From IMG/VR virus record IMGVR_UViG_3300020030_000040, positions 1 through 5,913 of that record: a DNA stretch of 5,913 nucleotides; one strand, written 5' to 3'. The DNA is from a virus. This document shows positions 4,841 through 5,913 of this stretch, one piece after another. Position numbers and translations under genes: made by a program. The notes under the pieces are model-generated. The model saw only the letters and a list, made by a program, of their open reading frames with translations, did not search any database and had not been told where the DNA came from. Positions within the stretch are counted from its first letter, which is position 1; every line of letters starts with the position of its first letter.

Positions 4841-5913
4841 ATGGGAAGACAACCTTTTATTTCTCACGTTGTGAATGGTTACTCTCGTTATGATGTTCCT
4901 GAGAGCAAGGCCTTCACGTGTACGGCGGGTATCCTTTACCCGGTGCGTATCGACTTTATTAACGCTCGTGATCGCGTATCTATTGAGCAGGGTATTGACG
5001 TTCGCAGTAACCCTCTTGCTGTGCCGACGTTTAATCCTTACACTATTCGGCTTCACCGCTTTTGGGTGCCTCTGCAGCTGTACCATCCAGAATTGAGGAC
5101 GAATAGTAGTAAGTTTGATATGAATAGCCTCTCTTTAAATTGGATTAATGCCGTTCCGGGAATCCCTTCTTCCGGCGTAACACCCCAGGTTACTGCGACT
5201 TTTCCTAACTCGCTTATGTATTGGCTGCGCGTATCTAACCGTTCTGTTGATTTCACTACACCTGCTTCAACCTCCGGTGTTGTCCTCCCCGCGAATGTTG
5301 TTGGTGGTGTTTGGGCTAACGCTGATACGTACCTTGCTTATTGGGATATCGTTCGCAACTATTACGGTTATTCGCAGTGGGGGCTTTACTCTTTTGCTTG
5401 GCCCTCTTCCTGGTATTATCTTGTAACAAATCGCTCTACCGCTTCCAACGGTACCTACGGATTTAACGAGAATTCTGCGGATTCGTATTTTACACAGCGT
5501 TACGGCAATCTTGAATTCCTTGATGCCTATTTTGAGAGCCAATTCTATCCTTCGGCTGTATCATCTTCTAATAATACCTATTGTCGCTCTGCATTACTTA
5601 GGCAGATTATTGCTTCTGATATCGCTTCTACTGGTGCTGCCGCTGGCGCTTCCGGCGATGGCTATCCGGTTGCATCTCAACCTAGTGGGATTCAGATCTG
5701 GGGTACTTCCGCTCCCCTTGATCAATTTGGTGCCGTTGACGATACGAAGGGCATTGCTGAGCCCATTATTTTCAATCTTGCCCATCCTATGGCCGTTATT
5801 CCGTCCAATCCTGATCGTTTTAGTCGACTTCTTCCTATTGGCAGCAGCTCCGCCGTTTCGATGACTGGCGTGCAAACTATTCCCCAGCTGGCTATTGCTT
5901 CGCGTCTTCAGGA
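4841..5913 (+). CDS. VP1: Major capsid protein VP1/F, N-terminal part (continues across the circular junction into 122..872; 607 aa joined)
   Basis: The ATG at 4841 is the first codon after the Rep stop (TAA 4835-4837). I translated frame 2 by hand to 5913 and found no stop: MGRQPFISHVVNGYSRYDVPESKAFTCTAGILYPVRIDFINARDRVSIEQGIDVRSNPLAVPTFNPYTIRLHRFWVPLQLYHPE... The pattern F-T-C-x-x-G-x-L-x-P ... P-x-F-N-P ... R-x-x-R-F-W-V-P-L-x-L is the conserved N-terminal block of Microviridae capsid proteins. The ORF is absent from the supplied track only because it has no stop inside the window. Joined length is 952 nt (4841-5792) plus 872 nt, giving 1,824 nt or 608 codons, so the frame is preserved. 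Confidence 0.93.
   Translation, partial: MGRQPFISHVVNGYSRYDVPESKAFTCTAGILYPVRIDFINARDRVSIEQGIDVRSNPLAVPTFNPYTIRLHRFWVPLQLYHPELRTNSSKFDMNSLSLNWINAVPGIPSSGVTPQVTATFPNSLMYWLRVSNRSVDFTTPASTSGVVLPANVVGGVWANADTYLAYWDIVRNYYGYSQWGLYSFAWPSSWYYLVTNRSTASNGTYGFNENSADSYFTQRYGNLEFLDAYFESQFYPSAVSSSNNTYCRSALLRQIIASDIASTGAAAGASGDGYPVASQPSGIQIWGTSAPLDQFGAVDDTKGIAEPIIFNLAHPMAVIPSNPDRFSRLLPIGSSSAVSMTGVQTIPQLAIASRLQ
5793..5913. repeat. Terminal direct repeat, right copy (identical to 1-121)
   Basis: Same comparison as for the left copy. The window ends exactly where the duplicated segment ends. Confidence 0.95.

Noticed and set aside
903-5864. Long hydrophobic, Leu-rich + strand ORFs nested in the real genes: 903-1106, 1745-2173, 2291-2830, 3085-3330, 4041-4364, 4365-4724, 4875-5096 and 5511-5864. 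They could be read as overlapping membrane or lysis genes like phiX174 E.
   Set aside because: Every one lies in the frame shifted by +1 relative to its host gene (checked by coordinates modulo 3). The T-rich wobble position of the real gene therefore becomes the middle base of the shifted codon. NTN codons encode L/F/I/V/M and can never be stops, so long hydrophobic ORFs arise automatically. Several also start at TTG rather than ATG. The least implausible is 4365-4724, which has an ATG start and an N-terminal TM-like segment YLLALVIFLVICLALLLVF, but I see nothing beyond the compositional artefact. Conservation in relatives would be needed to revive it.
186-5875. Minus-strand ORFs: 186-569, 890-1111, 1311-1538, 1791-2345, 2260-2853, 4028-4351, 4826-5086, 5053-5256, 5267-5542 and 5594-5875.
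   Set aside because: All are antisense to confident + strand genes. They are rich in N/K/R/S/T/I, as expected from reading NNT codons backwards as ANN. Microviridae transcribe a single strand, and no recognisable motifs are present.
1-5913. Searched for CRISPR repeats, transposase or integrase genes, toxin-antitoxin pairs, defence or anti-defence cassettes, and rRNA/tRNA genes.
   Set aside because: Apart from the 121-nt terminal overlap there are no spaced direct repeats. All coding capacity is accounted for by the seven + strand genes listed, and nothing resembles those gene classes.

Overview
This window is a complete, circularly permuted genome of a small ssDNA phage of the family Microviridae, not a piece of bacterial chromosome. 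The gene set is gokushovirus/alpavirus-like rather than phiX174-like. Bases 1-121 are repeated exactly at 5793-5913, so the unit genome is a 5,792-nt circle with a 121-nt assembly overlap. All credible genes are on the + strand, which is T-rich with 40-51% T-ending codons by my manual counts.

Gene order:
- Major capsid protein VP1/F. It starts at 4841, runs off the right edge, re-enters at position 1 and stops at 872 (607 aa when joined). The supplied ORF track misses its N-terminal part because there is no in-window stop.
- An acidic 102-aa ORFan.
- A 63-aa predicted lipoprotein.
- The 454-aa DNA pilot protein VP2/H.
- Two ORFans of 106 and 107 aa.
- The HUH rolling-circle Rep VP4/A.

The three non-coding spacers are 1193-1325, 2884-2963 and 3620-3766. 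The first and third are GC-rich and fold into multi-branched structures built from GAA-triloop hairpins, including the hyperstable GCGAAGC mini-hairpin.

The most interesting items are:
- the small lipoprotein gene fused tightly to the pilot gene, a candidate lysis/release or superinfection-exclusion factor with no characterised counterpart in Microviridae that I know of;
- the roughly 86-nt three-way-junction element upstream of rep, a candidate ssDNA origin or priming signal;
- the complete lack of Shine-Dalgarno motifs, a host clue pointing to Bacteroidota-like hosts.

I found no rRNA, tRNA, CRISPR array, transposase or integrase. All family assignments rest on motifs I recognise by eye; no database search was possible.
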